Assembly: GCA_045576675.1 (NCBI GenBank)
Contig: JAZNGX010000002.1
Span: forward strand, 5,170 to 69,169
DNA: 64,000 bases
Direction: 5' to 3'
DNA from: Clostridia bacterium
GTDB lineage: Bacteria; Bacillota; Clostridia; Monoglobales; Firm-18
Of this stretch, positions 29,601 through 39,864 are shown one piece after another; within the stretch, counting starts at the first letter, position 1; each line of letters starts with the position of its first letter. The notes below the pieces were generated by a model. The model was given only the letters and a program-made list of their open reading frames with translations. It ran no database searches and was not told the DNA's origin. Both the position numbers and the translations under genes were made by a program.

Positions 29601-30174
29601 GGCTGTTAAAGAAAGATACGACTTTTTAACTGCCCAGCGTGAAGATTTGCTTAAAGCACAAAGTGACCTTGAATCTGTTATTTCTGAAATGCTTGAAATA
29701 ATGAGAATTCAGTTTGCTGATAAATTCAAGGAAATAAGCGGTCATTTTTCACAAATATTTGTTGAGTTGTTCGGTGGTGGTAAGGGTGCAATAAAGCTTA
29801 CCGACCCGTCAAATGTGCTTGAAAGCGGTATTGACATTGAGGTTAACCCGCCCGGCAAGGCAATTAAGAGCATAATGCAGCTGTCAGGTGGTGAGCAGGC
29901 AATGGTATCAATTGCGTTGCTGTTCTCAATATTGAAGGTAAGACCTGCTCCGTTTTGTATTCTTGACGAAATTGAAGCGGCACTTGACGATGTTAATGTT
30001 TACCGTTTCGCAGATTTTTTAAATAAAAACATAGGCAAGACACAATATATAGTTGTAACTCACAGAAGAGGTACGATGGAATCGGCAAATATTTTGTATG
30101 GCGTAACAATGCAGGAAAAGGGTGTTACAAAGATGCTTGCACTTAATATTGACGATGTTGTGGATGCTATTTAG
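26611..30174 (+). CDS. smc: Chromosome partition protein Smc
   Basis: This 1187 aa protein has Walker A GPNGSGKSN, long coiled coils, a hinge, the LSGGE signature and Walker B ILDEIEAALD. Confidence 0.97.
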   Translation: MRLKSIEMTGFKSFADRTFVEFGNGITAIVGPNGSGKSNISDAVRWVMGEQSAKSLRSGNMQDVIFSGTQKRKPLGFAEVTLIVDNSDRALKIDFDEVAVTRRVFRSGESEYFINKTAVRMKDVHELFMDTGVGRDGYSIISQGKIAEILSNKPEERRQMFEEASGITKYRYRKEEAQRKLGRTTENIVRLNDIITELENQVGPLKNQSEKAKKYLTLRDELRVLDVNVSLYNIEKHKKTLAEINGIYDNLLSQIEEVNVQAEKIEKDTAEVFENIGIQDEALNQKREELDKINGVRAEYQSDIAILNNRIENNIDGIKRIENEIEELKLKAKELEADITGRGSSDALYDSYNSVQAEIKDVEQELAEKDNKIDLQTSQLESANSELIEKMNEASELKYRITGNASLKNSLSERAVAIERELNDRMADFNKLNDNLKKAEANLNEKQAEYANHNVRLNNDRAKLDSEKDELELLQKQLIADRNTIAQQKSRLKLLLDLENSFDNYSRSVKSVMNAYNKKELKGAVLYGTVAQLVNVSPKYSVAVETALGGAAQNIVAATEQDAKVAIAYLKNTKQGRATFLPVSVCKGDIMDDKALANETGYIGIGARLVDCEDKYKGIVNQLLGRIVVVDNIDNAIKIANKNNHRYRIVTLEGELLAPGGSMSGGSRQQSGGIFSRANELADLQKIIPQNESKLLEAEKKFKEKSDIIEVLSKAVVKSQEEQKELSEHLLSLRMEVKHCAEFAENVNAAKNAIEAEKKQLEMQLADIAELDENGNGQIAKLNEEIENYKVVANAHKENLAILENEREKISANLLELKMKLGEIKKDIERFNEIEQLSNARKTENELAIERKYENISEIKDNIEGLKDDVEFKNKQIVDLDNDILKLREDIDNSEAQRRKLQESIKEMQDELKKVHESQMTLQQEQSRLDNKKAKSETELENIVNRLWEEYELSLIAAEQVKTEMESVTEATKQISSLKNQIKALGNINVDSIEEYKAVKERYDFLTAQREDLLKAQSDLESVISEMLEIMRIQFADKFKEISGHFSQIFVELFGGGKGAIKLTDPSNVLESGIDIEVNPPGKAIKSIMQLSGGEQAMVSIALLFSILKVRPAPFCILDEIEAALDDVNVYRFADFLNKNIGKTQYIVVTHRRGTMESANILYGVTMQEKGVTKMLALNIDDVVDAI

Positions 30175-30187
30175 AAAGGAATAAACA

Positions 30188-31105
30188 ATGGGATTTTTTG
30201 ATAAAATTAAAAGCGGACTTGCAAAAACCCGTGATCAGTTTGCTGAAAGAACAAATGATATTGTGAAAATATTCAAAAAAATTGATGATGCAGTTTTTGA
30301 AGAGCTTGAAGAGCTGCTTATAATGTCTGATGTAGGCTTTGATACTTCAGGAGAAATTATTGAGCGTTTAAGACAAAAGGCTCACGAGGATAAAATTAAG
30401 GATGCAAGCGAGCTTTTGCCTGCTTTAAAAGAAATTATAAGCGACATTATGACAGATGGTGATGAAGCACTTGAACTTAAAACAACTCCGTCTGTAATAC
30501 TTGTTATAGGTGTTAACGGTGTTGGAAAAACAACATCAATAGCAAAAATGGCATCATATTATAAAAGTCAGGGAAAGAATGTTATCCTTGCCGCCGCAGA
30601 TACGTTCAGGGCTGCTGCTATTGAACAGCTTGAGGTGTGGGCAGACAGAGTCGGGGTTGACCTTATTAAACAAAAAGAAGGCAGTGACCCTGCATCTGTT
30701 GTTTACGATGCAATCGCTGCAACAAAAGCACGCAACAAGGATATATTGATTTGTGATACTGCAGGCAGACTACACAATAAGAAAAACCTTATGGATGAGC
30801 TTGCAAAAATCAATAAAATTATTGACAGAGAGCTTCCTGATGCACAGAAGGAATGTATGCTTGTTCTTGATGCAACAACAGGTCAGAATGCATTAAGTCA
30901 GGCAAAGAGCTTTGCTGAAGCTGCTGAAATAACAGGTATAGTTTTAACAAAGCTTGACGGAACTGCAAAGGGTGGCATCGTAATTGCAATCAAGCAGGAG
31001 CAGGATATCCCTGTAAGATTCATTGGTGTGGGCGAAGGTGTTGACGACCTTCAGCCGTTTGTTGCACAGGATTTTGTTGATGCAATGTTTGATACGGAGG
31101 AATAA
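30188..31105 (+). CDS. ftsY: Signal recognition particle receptor FtsY
   Basis: The NG domain carries GVNGVGKTT, DTAGR and TKLDGTAKGG. Confidence 0.95.
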   Translation: MGFFDKIKSGLAKTRDQFAERTNDIVKIFKKIDDAVFEELEELLIMSDVGFDTSGEIIERLRQKAHEDKIKDASELLPALKEIISDIMTDGDEALELKTTPSVILVIGVNGVGKTTSIAKMASYYKSQGKNVILAAADTFRAAAIEQLEVWADRVGVDLIKQKEGSDPASVVYDAIAATKARNKDILICDTAGRLHNKKNLMDELAKINKIIDRELPDAQKECMLVLDATTGQNALSQAKSFAEAAEITGIVLTKLDGTAKGGIVIAIKQEQDIPVRFIGVGEGVDDLQPFVAQDFVDAMFDTEE

Positions 31106-31108
31106 ATA

Positions 31109-33787
31109 TTGAATAGTAAAGCAATAGCAAAAACTATAATAACAATTATTGTTATTCTTGCATTGTTATGCACTGGTATTTTTGCACTTATGTACTCTGA
31201 ATATCTTGAACTACTTGAAATCGGAGAAAACTTTATCAAGGTTTTCACAACTAACGTAAGTGTGCATCTTATTACCTTTGCAGTAACACTGCTTGTTTGC
31301 TTTGTCATTATTTATTCTAACTTTATTTTTGTACGTTCAAATGCAATGTACATTGACACAACGGTTACTATGTTTGGGAAAATTCCTGTTATACTCATAT
31401 TCAGTATAGTTTTTTCCTTTGCAGGTGCGTATGTTTCAAGTGAAAAAATATCCTCTGCATTTTTGCCTTTTATTAACAGTGAATGGTTTAATCTTGGGGA
31501 CCCGATTTTCCATCAGGATGTTGGCTACTATGTTTTCCAAAGACCGTTTTATATTACTGTAATAAACTGTTTAACAATGCTTACAGGCTTTTTAATTGCA
31601 GTTAACTGCATATCATATTTTTTGATATATGCCGGTCACGACGTGCATAATATAAAGAACATAATCAAAGAAAAGGGTATTGTAACGCATATTATAGTAA
31701 GTATTGTACTGTTCTTTTTATCAAAGGTACTTTCGTATCAGTTTACTGCTGATTCCATCATTTTCAAGCAGCACGACGGCCTTACAGGTGCGAATTATAT
31801 TGACATAAACGTGTGGCTTAAATTTTATAGAATTGCACCTGTTATTTTGCTTTTGTCAGTTGTGATTACAATTTATTTTGTTTTACGTTCAAAGATTAAT
31901 CTGGCGGTGCTTACAGTTTGTATATATCCTGTGGCATTTATTTTAGTTTCAATTATGGGCGGTATCGTTGATACTGTTGTTGTAAGACCAAATGAACTCG
32001 CAGTTTCGTCTGAGTATATACAAAATAATATTAATTTTACACGGGCGGCATATCAGCTTGATGATGTGGCATACAGCTCGTTTACAATTAAAAACAATCT
32101 TACTGCGGATAAGATTTTAAAAAACACTGATACAGTTAATAATATAAAGCTTAATGATTATAACCATACCTTAGGTTATCTTAATGAATTGCACAGTGAA
32201 GGTGATTTTTATACCTTTACAGATGCAAACACTTCAATTTATGACATTAATGGTCACCCGACAGTGGTATCGGTGGCAGCAAGAGAAATTGACCATTCAA
32301 AAATTAATGGCGGAACCCAGGGGTATGCTGATACAGTTTACAAATATACCCATGGTATCGGTGCTGTTATGTGCACTGACAACACAGTAACTTCTATGGG
32401 CTTGCCACAGCCTGTTATAAAGGATATTCCGTCACGTTCAAACAACGGAGCGCCTGCAATAACAGAGCCAAGAATTTATTATGGTATGTTAAACAACGAT
32501 TATTGTGTTGTTAATACAAAGGATAAAGAATATGACGAGATAGAAAAAGAGGGCTATGATTATAACGGAAACGGCGGAATTCTTCTTAATATGCCTGCTC
32601 GTTTTATATATTCAATCAAGCTTGGTGATTCAAGATTGTTGCTTTCTGATAAGCTTAAAACTTCAAGCAAGCTTCTTATAAACAGAAATGTGCTTGAACG
32701 TGTTGAAGCTGCGGCACCGTTCTTTACTTATGACAAAGACCCTTATATGATAGTAGATAAGGGAGGTAGGTTAAAATGGGTTGTTGATGTTTATACAACA
32801 TCAGAATGGTTCCCGTATTCTCAATATACAGGAACATATAACTATATAAGAAATTCTGCCAAGGCAGTTGTTGATGCATACGGCGGAACTGTTGAGTTTT
32901 ACATTACAGACAGAACTGACCCGATTATTAAATGCTACCAGAAAATTTATCCGACATTGTTTGAACAGGAACCATTTCCTGCGGATTTGATTTCTCACAC
33001 AAAATACCCTATGGCTCTTTTTAAGATTCGTGCAAATATGTATAAGGCATATCACGTTACCAATGCCGAGAGCTTTTATAAAAAATCAGATGTATGGAGC
33101 TTTGCAAAAGAGCGTTACGGAGCACAACAGCTTATTGATGTTGAACCATCGTATTCATATATCGACCTTGATGGTAACGGAAATAAGTTTATGCTGACTG
33201 CACCATATACCCTTGCAAATAAAGACGGAATTAACGGATGGTTAACTGTTGATTGCAGTTTTGGGGCAAATGGAAAAACTACATTTGTAGATTTCAGCAA
33301 CAATATGAATTCTTACGGAACCTTGCAGATAGAAGACCGTATTGATGCTGATGTTAACGTTACGCAAAAGCTTAGTATGATTAATCTTGATAAGGGGAAT
33401 ATACTAAGAGGCAATATGGTAGTTGTGCCAATAGACAACAATATTTTATATATTGAACCGATATATATTTCGGCTGAGGGCAAAAACAAAGGCTATGCCC
33501 GTCTTGAGTATATCGTTGCTGTGTATAATGACAAAATTGTGTGTGAAGGCTCATTGTCTGAATGCTTTAAAGCGCTTTTTGGCATCAACAAAAACCTTTC
33601 ATCTGTTGTTGACCAGACGTTTGGAGACATCATTTACGATGTTATCGGAAGCTTTGATAGTGTTAAAAAATATTCTGAAGAAAATGACTGGGAAAACTAC
33701 GGAAAGGCAATGGCAGAGCTTGAATATAATATCGGCAATTTAAGGTCTGCAGCAGAAAATGAAATTAATATAAAAACAAATAATTAA
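31109..33787 (+). CDS. UPF0182 family large membrane protein (function unknown)
   Basis: This 892 aa protein has about 7 N-terminal TM helices containing GDPIFHQDVGYYVFQRPFY (UPF0182-like signature, from memory). A soluble domain of about 600 aa follows. The TTG start lies 8 nt after GGAGG. Confidence 0.7.
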   Translation: MNSKAIAKTIITIIVILALLCTGIFALMYSEYLELLEIGENFIKVFTTNVSVHLITFAVTLLVCFVIIYSNFIFVRSNAMYIDTTVTMFGKIPVILIFSIVFSFAGAYVSSEKISSAFLPFINSEWFNLGDPIFHQDVGYYVFQRPFYITVINCLTMLTGFLIAVNCISYFLIYAGHDVHNIKNIIKEKGIVTHIIVSIVLFFLSKVLSYQFTADSIIFKQHDGLTGANYIDINVWLKFYRIAPVILLLSVVITIYFVLRSKINLAVLTVCIYPVAFILVSIMGGIVDTVVVRPNELAVSSEYIQNNINFTRAAYQLDDVAYSSFTIKNNLTADKILKNTDTVNNIKLNDYNHTLGYLNELHSEGDFYTFTDANTSIYDINGHPTVVSVAAREIDHSKINGGTQGYADTVYKYTHGIGAVMCTDNTVTSMGLPQPVIKDIPSRSNNGAPAITEPRIYYGMLNNDYCVVNTKDKEYDEIEKEGYDYNGNGGILLNMPARFIYSIKLGDSRLLLSDKLKTSSKLLINRNVLERVEAAAPFFTYDKDPYMIVDKGGRLKWVVDVYTTSEWFPYSQYTGTYNYIRNSAKAVVDAYGGTVEFYITDRTDPIIKCYQKIYPTLFEQEPFPADLISHTKYPMALFKIRANMYKAYHVTNAESFYKKSDVWSFAKERYGAQQLIDVEPSYSYIDLDGNGNKFMLTAPYTLANKDGINGWLTVDCSFGANGKTTFVDFSNNMNSYGTLQIEDRIDADVNVTQKLSMINLDKGNILRGNMVVVPIDNNILYIEPIYISAEGKNKGYARLEYIVAVYNDKIVCEGSLSECFKALFGINKNLSSVVDQTFGDIIYDVIGSFDSVKKYSEENDWENYGKAMAELEYNIGNLRSAAENEINIKTNN

Positions 33788-33790
33788 ATT

Positions 33791-33819
33791 TTGACAAAGC
33801 CACTCTATTGTGATACAAT
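33791..33819 (+). promoter_or_regulatory. Candidate priA promoter nested in the upstream terminator
   Basis: The sequence reads TTGACA (33791-33796), a 17 nt spacer, then TACAAT (33814-33819). Confidence 0.5.
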
Positions 33820-33837
33820 ATAATAGGGTGGTTTTTT
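33800..33837 (+). terminator. Rho-independent terminator after the UPF0182 gene
   Basis: A 10 bp stem pairs CCACTCTATT (33800-33809) with AATAGGGTGG (33822-33831), including one G-U pair. The loop is 12 nt and a T6 run follows at 33832-33837. Confidence 0.65.
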
Positions 33838-36241
33838 GCGTTTTGTTAATGTTGTAATATCCAACAATTCAAAAGAGCTTGACAGACAGTTTTGTTACAG
33901 CGTTCCCGATGATATATATGTTGAAGCGGGAATGCGTGTGCTTGTGCCTTTTGGCGGAGGTAACAAGACTGTTGAGGCTGTCGTTTTGGAGGTTGCAACT
34001 GTTGCTGACGTATTAAAGATCAAGAGTATAATAAAGGTTATTGATAAAAAACCACTTTGTACAAAACAACAGCTTGAGCTTGCATTGTGGATACGTGAGA
34101 ATTATCTTTGTACATACAATCAGGCTGTAAGGTGCGTTATTCCATCCGGCATACGTGTTAAAACAAAACAGCTTGCAATTATGTATGATACCGATATTGA
34201 TATCGACGGTGTTTGCAAAAAGTCAAAGAATAAAAGAGAAATACTTGAAATAATAATAAATAACGGAGGCACTTATGATTGTGACAAGCTGCCTCATAAA
34301 AGCTTATTAAAACAGCTTTGTGATGATAATATCTTGTATATAGAAGAGTCAGTTGATGATAAGTTGCCTCAGATAAGCGTAAAAATGGTAAGCCTTGTTG
34401 CTTCTAATAATGAGGTGCTTGATATACTGCCGCAAATTAGCAAAAGGGCACCAAAGCAGGCAAAGCTTCTGGAGGTTCTGATGCAAACAGGTGATATTCC
34501 GCTTGCTGATCTTACTCATCTTACGCAGACAACATCAGCAGCCGCAAATTCGCTTGAAAAAAAAGGAATTGTTCGTTTTTATAACAAAACAGTGCTTCGT
34601 AACAGCTATAATGCTTCAAAATATAAGAAAACAGAGCCTATGACACCTACTCCTGAACAACAGAATGTTCTTGATGCATTAAAGAGAAAATGGGATAATG
34701 GTGATATGCGTCCGTCACTTATCCGTGGTGTTACAGGCAGTGGTAAAACAGAGGTCTTTCTGCAGATTATCAGTCACGTATTAAAGCAAAACAGACAGGC
34801 TATTGTACTTGTTCCTGAAATTTCACTTACGCCACAAACTGTGGAACGCTTTGTTGGCAGGTTTGGCTCTGAAATCAGTGTTTTGCACAGCGGACTGTCT
34901 AATGGAGAGAGATATGACGAGTGGCAAAAAATCCTTGATGGAAAAGTGTCTGTTGTTGTAGGTGCACGTTCAGCAGTTTTTGCACCATTTGACAGGCTGG
35001 GCATAATTATCATTGATGAGGAACACGAAAATACTTACAAATCTGAAACTGCACCTTATTACAGTGCGATAGATATAGCACTTCAGAGAGGGAAGACCGA
35101 AGGTGCTGCCGTAATACTTGGCTCGGCAACACCGTCTGTAAACAGCTATAAGAACGCTTGTGACGGTGTGTATGATTTATATGAAATGGAAAACAGGCAT
35201 AACAATGCAAGTATGCCGCACACTGAAATTATTGATATGTGCAATGAGTTAAAGAGTGGAAATAAAAGTGTTTTCAGCAACAAGCTCAAGGCAGAAATTC
35301 AAAGAAATATAGAAAATGGTGAGCAGACGATTTTGTTTTTGAACAGACGAGGCTTTAATAGCTTTATAACGTGCCGTAGCTGCGGAACACCTGTGGTTTG
35401 TAAAAACTGCAGTGTTACAATGACTTACCACAGAAATATTGATAAACTGCAGTGCCATTATTGCGGATATGAAACAGGAAGCATTACCATCTGCCCTGAA
35501 TGTGGCAGCAATAAAATCCGTTATATGGGTACCGGAACAGAAAAGGTTGAAGAAGAAATACGCAAGCTTTTTGGTGAAAATACTTATCTCAGAATGGATG
35601 CTGATACAACAACAGGTAAAAATTCTCACGAGGCAATATTAAAAAGATTTAATAAAGATAATGTGCCGATACTGCTTGGAACGCAGATGGTTACAAAAGG
35701 TCTTGATTTTAAAAATGTTACGCTTGTTGGCGTTCTTGCAGCTGACCTTACACTCAACGTGGACGACTTTCGTGCAGCAGAACGCACATTCAGTCAGCTC
35801 ACACAGGTTTGCGGCAGAGCAGGCAGAGGCGAAAAGAAGGGTAGGGCATATATACAAACATATCAGCCTGAGCATTATGCTGTAAGCTTTGCGGCACAGC
35901 ATAATTACAAGGATTTTTATGAAAATGAAATTGCAATAAGAAAACAGTTTGATAATCCGCCGTTTTGTGATATAATACTTATAATGATGACAGGTGAGGT
36001 TGAAAGCGAAATAAAGATTGAGCTTATGAAAATAGCAGAATATTTAAAATCCAAAAATCTTTTTGTGCTTGGGCCTACATCTGCACCATATAACAAAATT
36101 AAAAATAAATACAGATGGCGAATCATACTTAAAACTACCAGAACAAAGGAGCTTTTGCCACTTCTTAATAAATTGATTATAAGATATGCAAAGGACAAAA
36201 ATAATATTTCTATAGATATTAATCCCAATTCGATGAACTGA
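33836..36241 (+). CDS. priA: Primosomal protein N' (replication restart helicase PriA)
   Basis: Walker [10 protein letters not shown] and DEEH are present, along with zinc-binding CxxC pairs (CRSCG..CKNC..CHYCG..CPECG). The only in-frame start is TTG at 33836. Confidence 0.92.
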   Translation: MRFVNVVISNNSKELDRQFCYSVPDDIYVEAGMRVLVPFGGGNKTVEAVVLEVATVADVLKIKSIIKVIDKKPLCTKQQLELALWIRENYLCTYNQAVRCVIPSGIRVKTKQLAIMYDTDIDIDGVCKKSKNKREILEIIINNGGTYDCDKLPHKSLLKQLCDDNILYIEESVDDKLPQISVKMVSLVASNNEVLDILPQISKRAPKQAKLLEVLMQTGDIPLADLTHLTQTTSAAANSLEKKGIVRFYNKTVLRNSYNASKYKKTEPMTPTPEQQNVLDALKRKWDNGDMRPSLIRGVTGSGKTEVFLQIISHVLKQNRQAIVLVPEISLTPQTVERFVGRFGSEISVLHSGLSNGERYDEWQKILDGKVSVVVGARSAVFAPFDRLGIIIIDEEHENTYKSETAPYYSAIDIALQRGKTEGAAVILGSATPSVNSYKNACDGVYDLYEMENRHNNASMPHTEIIDMCNELKSGNKSVFSNKLKAEIQRNIENGEQTILFLNRRGFNSFITCRSCGTPVVCKNCSVTMTYHRNIDKLQCHYCGYETGSITICPECGSNKIRYMGTGTEKVEEEIRKLFGENTYLRMDADTTTGKNSHEAILKRFNKDNVPILLGTQMVTKGLDFKNVTLVGVLAADLTLNVDDFRAAERTFSQLTQVCGRAGRGEKKGRAYIQTYQPEHYAVSFAAQHNYKDFYENEIAIRKQFDNPPFCDIILIMMTGEVESEIKIELMKIAEYLKSKNLFVLGPTSAPYNKIKNKYRWRIILKTTRTKELLPLLNKLIIRYAKDKNNISIDINPNSMN

Positions 36242-36246
36242 AAGGA

Positions 36247-36723
36247 ATGGTACAATTGGCACTACGAAAAATACTTACGTTTGGTGATGAGCAGTTAAAC
36301 AAAAAATGCCGCACTGTTGAAAAAATTGATGACAGAATACTAAGCCTGCTTGATGATATGGCAGAAACCTTATACGAGTCAGGCGGTGTCGGACTTGCTG
36401 CCCCGCAGATAGGCATACTTAAAAGAATATGTGTAATAGATATTGGTGAAGGTCTTATCGAGCTTATTAATCCCGAAATAATTAAAACCTCGGGTAAAAT
36501 CAATGATGTTGAAGGTTGTCTTAGCCTTCCGGGTAAGTGGGGATATGTTGAACGTCCTGAAAAGGTTACTGTTCGTGCAACAAACAGAAATGGTGAAATA
36601 TATGAAATGACGGGCGAGGGCTTGCTTGCACGTGCCTTCTGCCACGAAATTGACCATCTTGATGGCGTTTTGTTTGTAACTCACGTTACTGAATTTGTTG
36701 ATATTGAGAGGAATGAAGAATGA
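36247..36723 (+). CDS. def: Peptide deformylase
   Basis: Motifs [15 protein letters not shown] and HEIDHLDG are present. Confidence 0.95.
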   Translation: MVQLALRKILTFGDEQLNKKCRTVEKIDDRILSLLDDMAETLYESGGVGLAAPQIGILKRICVIDIGEGLIELINPEIIKTSGKINDVEGCLSLPGKWGYVERPEKVTVRATNRNGEIYEMTGEGLLARAFCHEIDHLDGVLFVTHVTEFVDIERNEE

Positions 36724-37631
36724 GAGTAGTTTTTATGGGAACGCCTGATATTGCCGTTTCGTTCTTTAAAGCACTGTGCAGTGAGCATGAGGTTGTATGT
36801 GCAGTAACACAGCCGGACAAACCAAGAGGCAGAGGACATAAAATCAGCCGTTGCCCCGTTGCTGCTGCAGCAGATGAGCTTGGTATTGATGTAATTCAAC
36901 CGCTTACATTTAAAGATATGGCGTTTATGCCTGAGCTTGAAAAATATCATCCTGACGTTATAATAGTTGTGGCTTACGGCAGAATATTACCAAAGTATGT
37001 TCTTGAATATCCAAAGTATGGTTGTATAAATGTTCATGCATCCCTGCTTCCTCGTCACAGAGGGGCCTGCCCTATAAATAAGGCAATAATGGAGGGTGAC
37101 AAAGTCAGCGGTGTTACAACAATGCTTATGGCAGAAGGTCTTGACACCGGTGATATGCTGTTAAAGCAGGAAATTGAAATAACAGACACTATGACAGCAG
37201 GCGAGCTTCACGATACAATATGTGAAAAAAGTCCTGCAGTATTGCTTGAAACTTTGAAAAATATAGATACAATCGTTCCACAAAAGCAGTGTGAAGAATA
37301 CGCAACCACAACAGGTATGCTAAACAAAGAAAACACCCGCATAGACTGGAGCAGAAGTGCGAAAGAAATTACCGATTTTGTTCGTGGCTTAAATCCTTTT
37401 CCGTCGGCACATACAAGCTATATGGATAAGGGAATTAAGGTTTATAAGGTTATTCCGTGCGACAAAAAAGGTAATCCCGGAGAGATAATACAAGCTGATA
37501 AACAGCTTGTGGTTGCTTGTGGCGACGGTGCTGTTATAATAGACGAGCTTCAGCTTGAATGTAAAAAACGTATGCGTGCAGAGGATTTGCTTCGCGGATT
37601 TAAAATGAATACCAAAGAGGTGTTAAAGTGA
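36720..37631 (+). CDS. fmt: Methionyl-tRNA formyltransferase
   Basis: MRVVFMGTP and [12 protein letters not shown] are present. There is an ATGA overlap with def. Confidence 0.95.
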   Translation: MRVVFMGTPDIAVSFFKALCSEHEVVCAVTQPDKPRGRGHKISRCPVAAAADELGIDVIQPLTFKDMAFMPELEKYHPDVIIVVAYGRILPKYVLEYPKYGCINVHASLLPRHRGACPINKAIMEGDKVSGVTTMLMAEGLDTGDMLLKQEIEITDTMTAGELHDTICEKSPAVLLETLKNIDTIVPQKQCEEYATTTGMLNKENTRIDWSRSAKEITDFVRGLNPFPSAHTSYMDKGIKVYKVIPCDKKGNPGEIIQADKQLVVACGDGAVIIDELQLECKKRMRAEDLLRGFKMNTKEVLK

Positions 37632-38878
37632 CAGGCAGAGAAGCAGCCTTAAAGGCTCTTTATGATGTTGATAAAAATGATGCTTATTGTGATAAGGCGT
37701 TAAAAAAGATACTTGCGGAGGAGTCCTTGTCACAACAGGAAAAATCGCTTGCAACAGAGCTTGTGTATGGTGTTACAGACAAAAAACGCAGACTTGATTA
37801 TATTATTTCAAGGTATAGCAAGCAAAAGCTGAAAAAAATTTCAGTATGGATAATTAACATTTTAAGAATGGGTATCTATCAATTACTGTTTTTGGATAAA
37901 ATTCCCGAAAGTGCTGCAGTTAATGAAAGCGTTAAGCTTGCAAGGCGTTATGGTCACAGTGCCTCGGCAGGTTTTGTTAATGGGATTTTGCGAAATGTTG
38001 CACGTCAGGGTGATGTTGAATATTCTGATATGAGTATTTTTCATTCTGTTCCTGAATGGTTGGATGCAATGCTTAAAGAGCAGTACGGTGAAAAAACTGC
38101 ATATGAAATATATGAAGCATTTTCAAAGCCGTCACCAACCACAATTCGTGTTAATACTTTAAAAACAGATGCGGATGAGCTGAAAGCTATACTTAACAAA
38201 GATAATATTGAAGTTAAAGCAACACAAGTAAGCAATATGCTTGAAATAAGCGGATTTGGTGACATATCAAAGCTTAAAGCATATAATGACGGATTGTTCA
38301 CACCACAGGATATATCTGCATACTGCTCAGCAAATATGCTGGAAGCAAAATCAGGAGAAGTTATAATTGATGTTTGTGCTGCACCCGGTGGGAAAACAAC
38401 TCAAATGGCGGAGGACAGCCAGAATAATGCAGATATTATTGCCTTTGATTTATATGAGCATAAAGTGGATATAATAAATAACAACTGCAGGCGTCTTGGT
38501 ATAACCTGTGTTAAGGCTGAAGTGTGGGACAGTTGTGAAGTTAACGAAAAATATATTGGTGTTGCAGACAAGGTTATGGCAGATGTTCCGTGCAGTGGAC
38601 TCGGCGTTATAGGTAAGAAATTTGATATTAAGTGGAAAAAATCGCCTGAAGATATTGAAGAAATAATCAAGGTGCAAAAACGCATATTAAACAATGCGGC
38701 AAAGTATTTAAAGCCTGACGGCATACTGGTGTATTCAACCTGTACTATCAATAAAAATGAAAACGAAAATATAACAAGAGAGTTTGCAGATAAAAACGGT
38801 TTTAATATAATTGATGAAAAACTGATTTTGCCGACAGATGGCGGTGACGGATTTTATATATGCAAGTTGAGGAGATAG
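37628..38878 (+). CDS. rsmB: 16S rRNA (cytosine967-C5)-methyltransferase RsmB
   Basis: A NusB-like N terminus is followed by the SAM site DVCAAPGGKT and catalytic cysteines (DVPCSG, YSTCT). Confidence 0.9.
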   Translation: MTGREAALKALYDVDKNDAYCDKALKKILAEESLSQQEKSLATELVYGVTDKKRRLDYIISRYSKQKLKKISVWIINILRMGIYQLLFLDKIPESAAVNESVKLARRYGHSASAGFVNGILRNVARQGDVEYSDMSIFHSVPEWLDAMLKEQYGEKTAYEIYEAFSKPSPTTIRVNTLKTDADELKAILNKDNIEVKATQVSNMLEISGFGDISKLKAYNDGLFTPQDISAYCSANMLEAKSGEVIIDVCAAPGGKTTQMAEDSQNNADIIAFDLYEHKVDIINNNCRRLGITCVKAEVWDSCEVNEKYIGVADKVMADVPCSGLGVIGKKFDIKWKKSPEDIEEIIKVQKRILNNAAKYLKPDGILVYSTCTINKNENENITREFADKNGFNIIDEKLILPTDGGDGFYICKLRR

Positions 38879-38882
38879 TTTT

Positions 38883-39062
38883 ATGGATAAAGAATTGATT
38901 GATAAAATAAATGCTCTTGCAAGAAAGCAAAGAGCAGAAGGCTTGACTGAAGAAGAAAGGCAACAACAGGCTGAGTTAAGAAAGCAATATCTTTCGGAGT
39001 TCCGTTCAAACTTCAGACAGATTCTTGATAATGTTGAGGTTGTTGACGGTGAGCCACAATGA
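38883..39062 (+). CDS. DUF896/UPF0291 family small protein (59 aa; absent from the ORF track, below its apparent ~60 aa length cut-off)
   Basis: ATG 38883 to TGA 39060-39062 translates as MDKELIDKINALARKQRAEGLTEEERQQQAELRKQYLSEFRSNFRQILDNVEVVDGEPQ, matching the remembered DUF896 pattern. There is an ATGA overlap with the next gene. Confidence 0.75.
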   Translation: MDKELIDKINALARKQRAEGLTEEERQQQAELRKQYLSEFRSNFRQILDNVEVVDGEPQ

Positions 39063-39850
39063 TAATTGATTTTCACACTCACGCATTTCCGGATGCTATT
39101 GCCGAAAAAACTATTGGCTTTCTTGCTGAAAAAGCAAGGCTGGAGCCTTTTTGCAACGGCACTGTTGATTGTTTAAGAAAATCTTCAAAAGAGGCAGGCA
39201 TAGATTACAGCGTTGTTCTGCCAATAGCAACAAGAAGCGGTCAGGAGGAAACGATAAACAAATTTGCAGCTGAAATTAACAATACAGAGCGTATTATTTC
39301 TTTTGGTTCAATTCATCCTGATACCGTAAATTATAAAGAAGTGCTTGATAAAATAAAGTCAAGCGGACTTAAAGGGATAAAGCTTCATCCCGATTATCAG
39401 AATTTTTATATTGATGATGAAAAAACTTATCCTATGATTGAATATGCTGCAAAGCTTGGGCTTATAATTGTTTATCACGCAGGTCTTGACCTGGGATTTC
39501 GCGGACCTATTAAAAACACACCCGTTCGTGCAAGAAAAATGATAAAGGCTGTCGGTTATGATAAATTTGTTATGGCACATATGGGTGCCCATGCACTTTA
39601 CGGTGATGTTATGGAATGCCTATGCGGACTTGATGTGTATTTTGATATAAGCTTTACAATGGGGAAAATTGAGGATGAAGGCTTTAAAGAAATAATATAT
39701 TCTCACGGTGCAGACAGAATACTTTTTGGTACAGATAATCCGTGGGGCGGGCAAAAAGAAGATATAAAGTATTTTGAAAGCTTTGGTTTTCCTGAAACCA
39801 TTAAGGATAAAATACTTTATAAAAACGCAGTTGAATTATTGCAAATATAA
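39059..39850 (+). CDS. Metal-dependent amidohydrolase-fold protein (Amidohydro_2/TIM barrel)
   Basis: The N terminus IIDFHTHAFPD is followed by GIKLHPDYQ, HAG and AHMG metal-ligand-like motifs. Length is 263 aa. Confidence 0.7.
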   Translation: MIIDFHTHAFPDAIAEKTIGFLAEKARLEPFCNGTVDCLRKSSKEAGIDYSVVLPIATRSGQEETINKFAAEINNTERIISFGSIHPDTVNYKEVLDKIKSSGLKGIKLHPDYQNFYIDDEKTYPMIEYAAKLGLIIVYHAGLDLGFRGPIKNTPVRARKMIKAVGYDKFVMAHMGAHALYGDVMECLCGLDVYFDISFTMGKIEDEGFKEIIYSHGADRILFGTDNPWGGQKEDIKYFESFGFPETIKDKILYKNAVELLQI

Positions 39851-39864
39851 TTTGGAGTGGTTTT

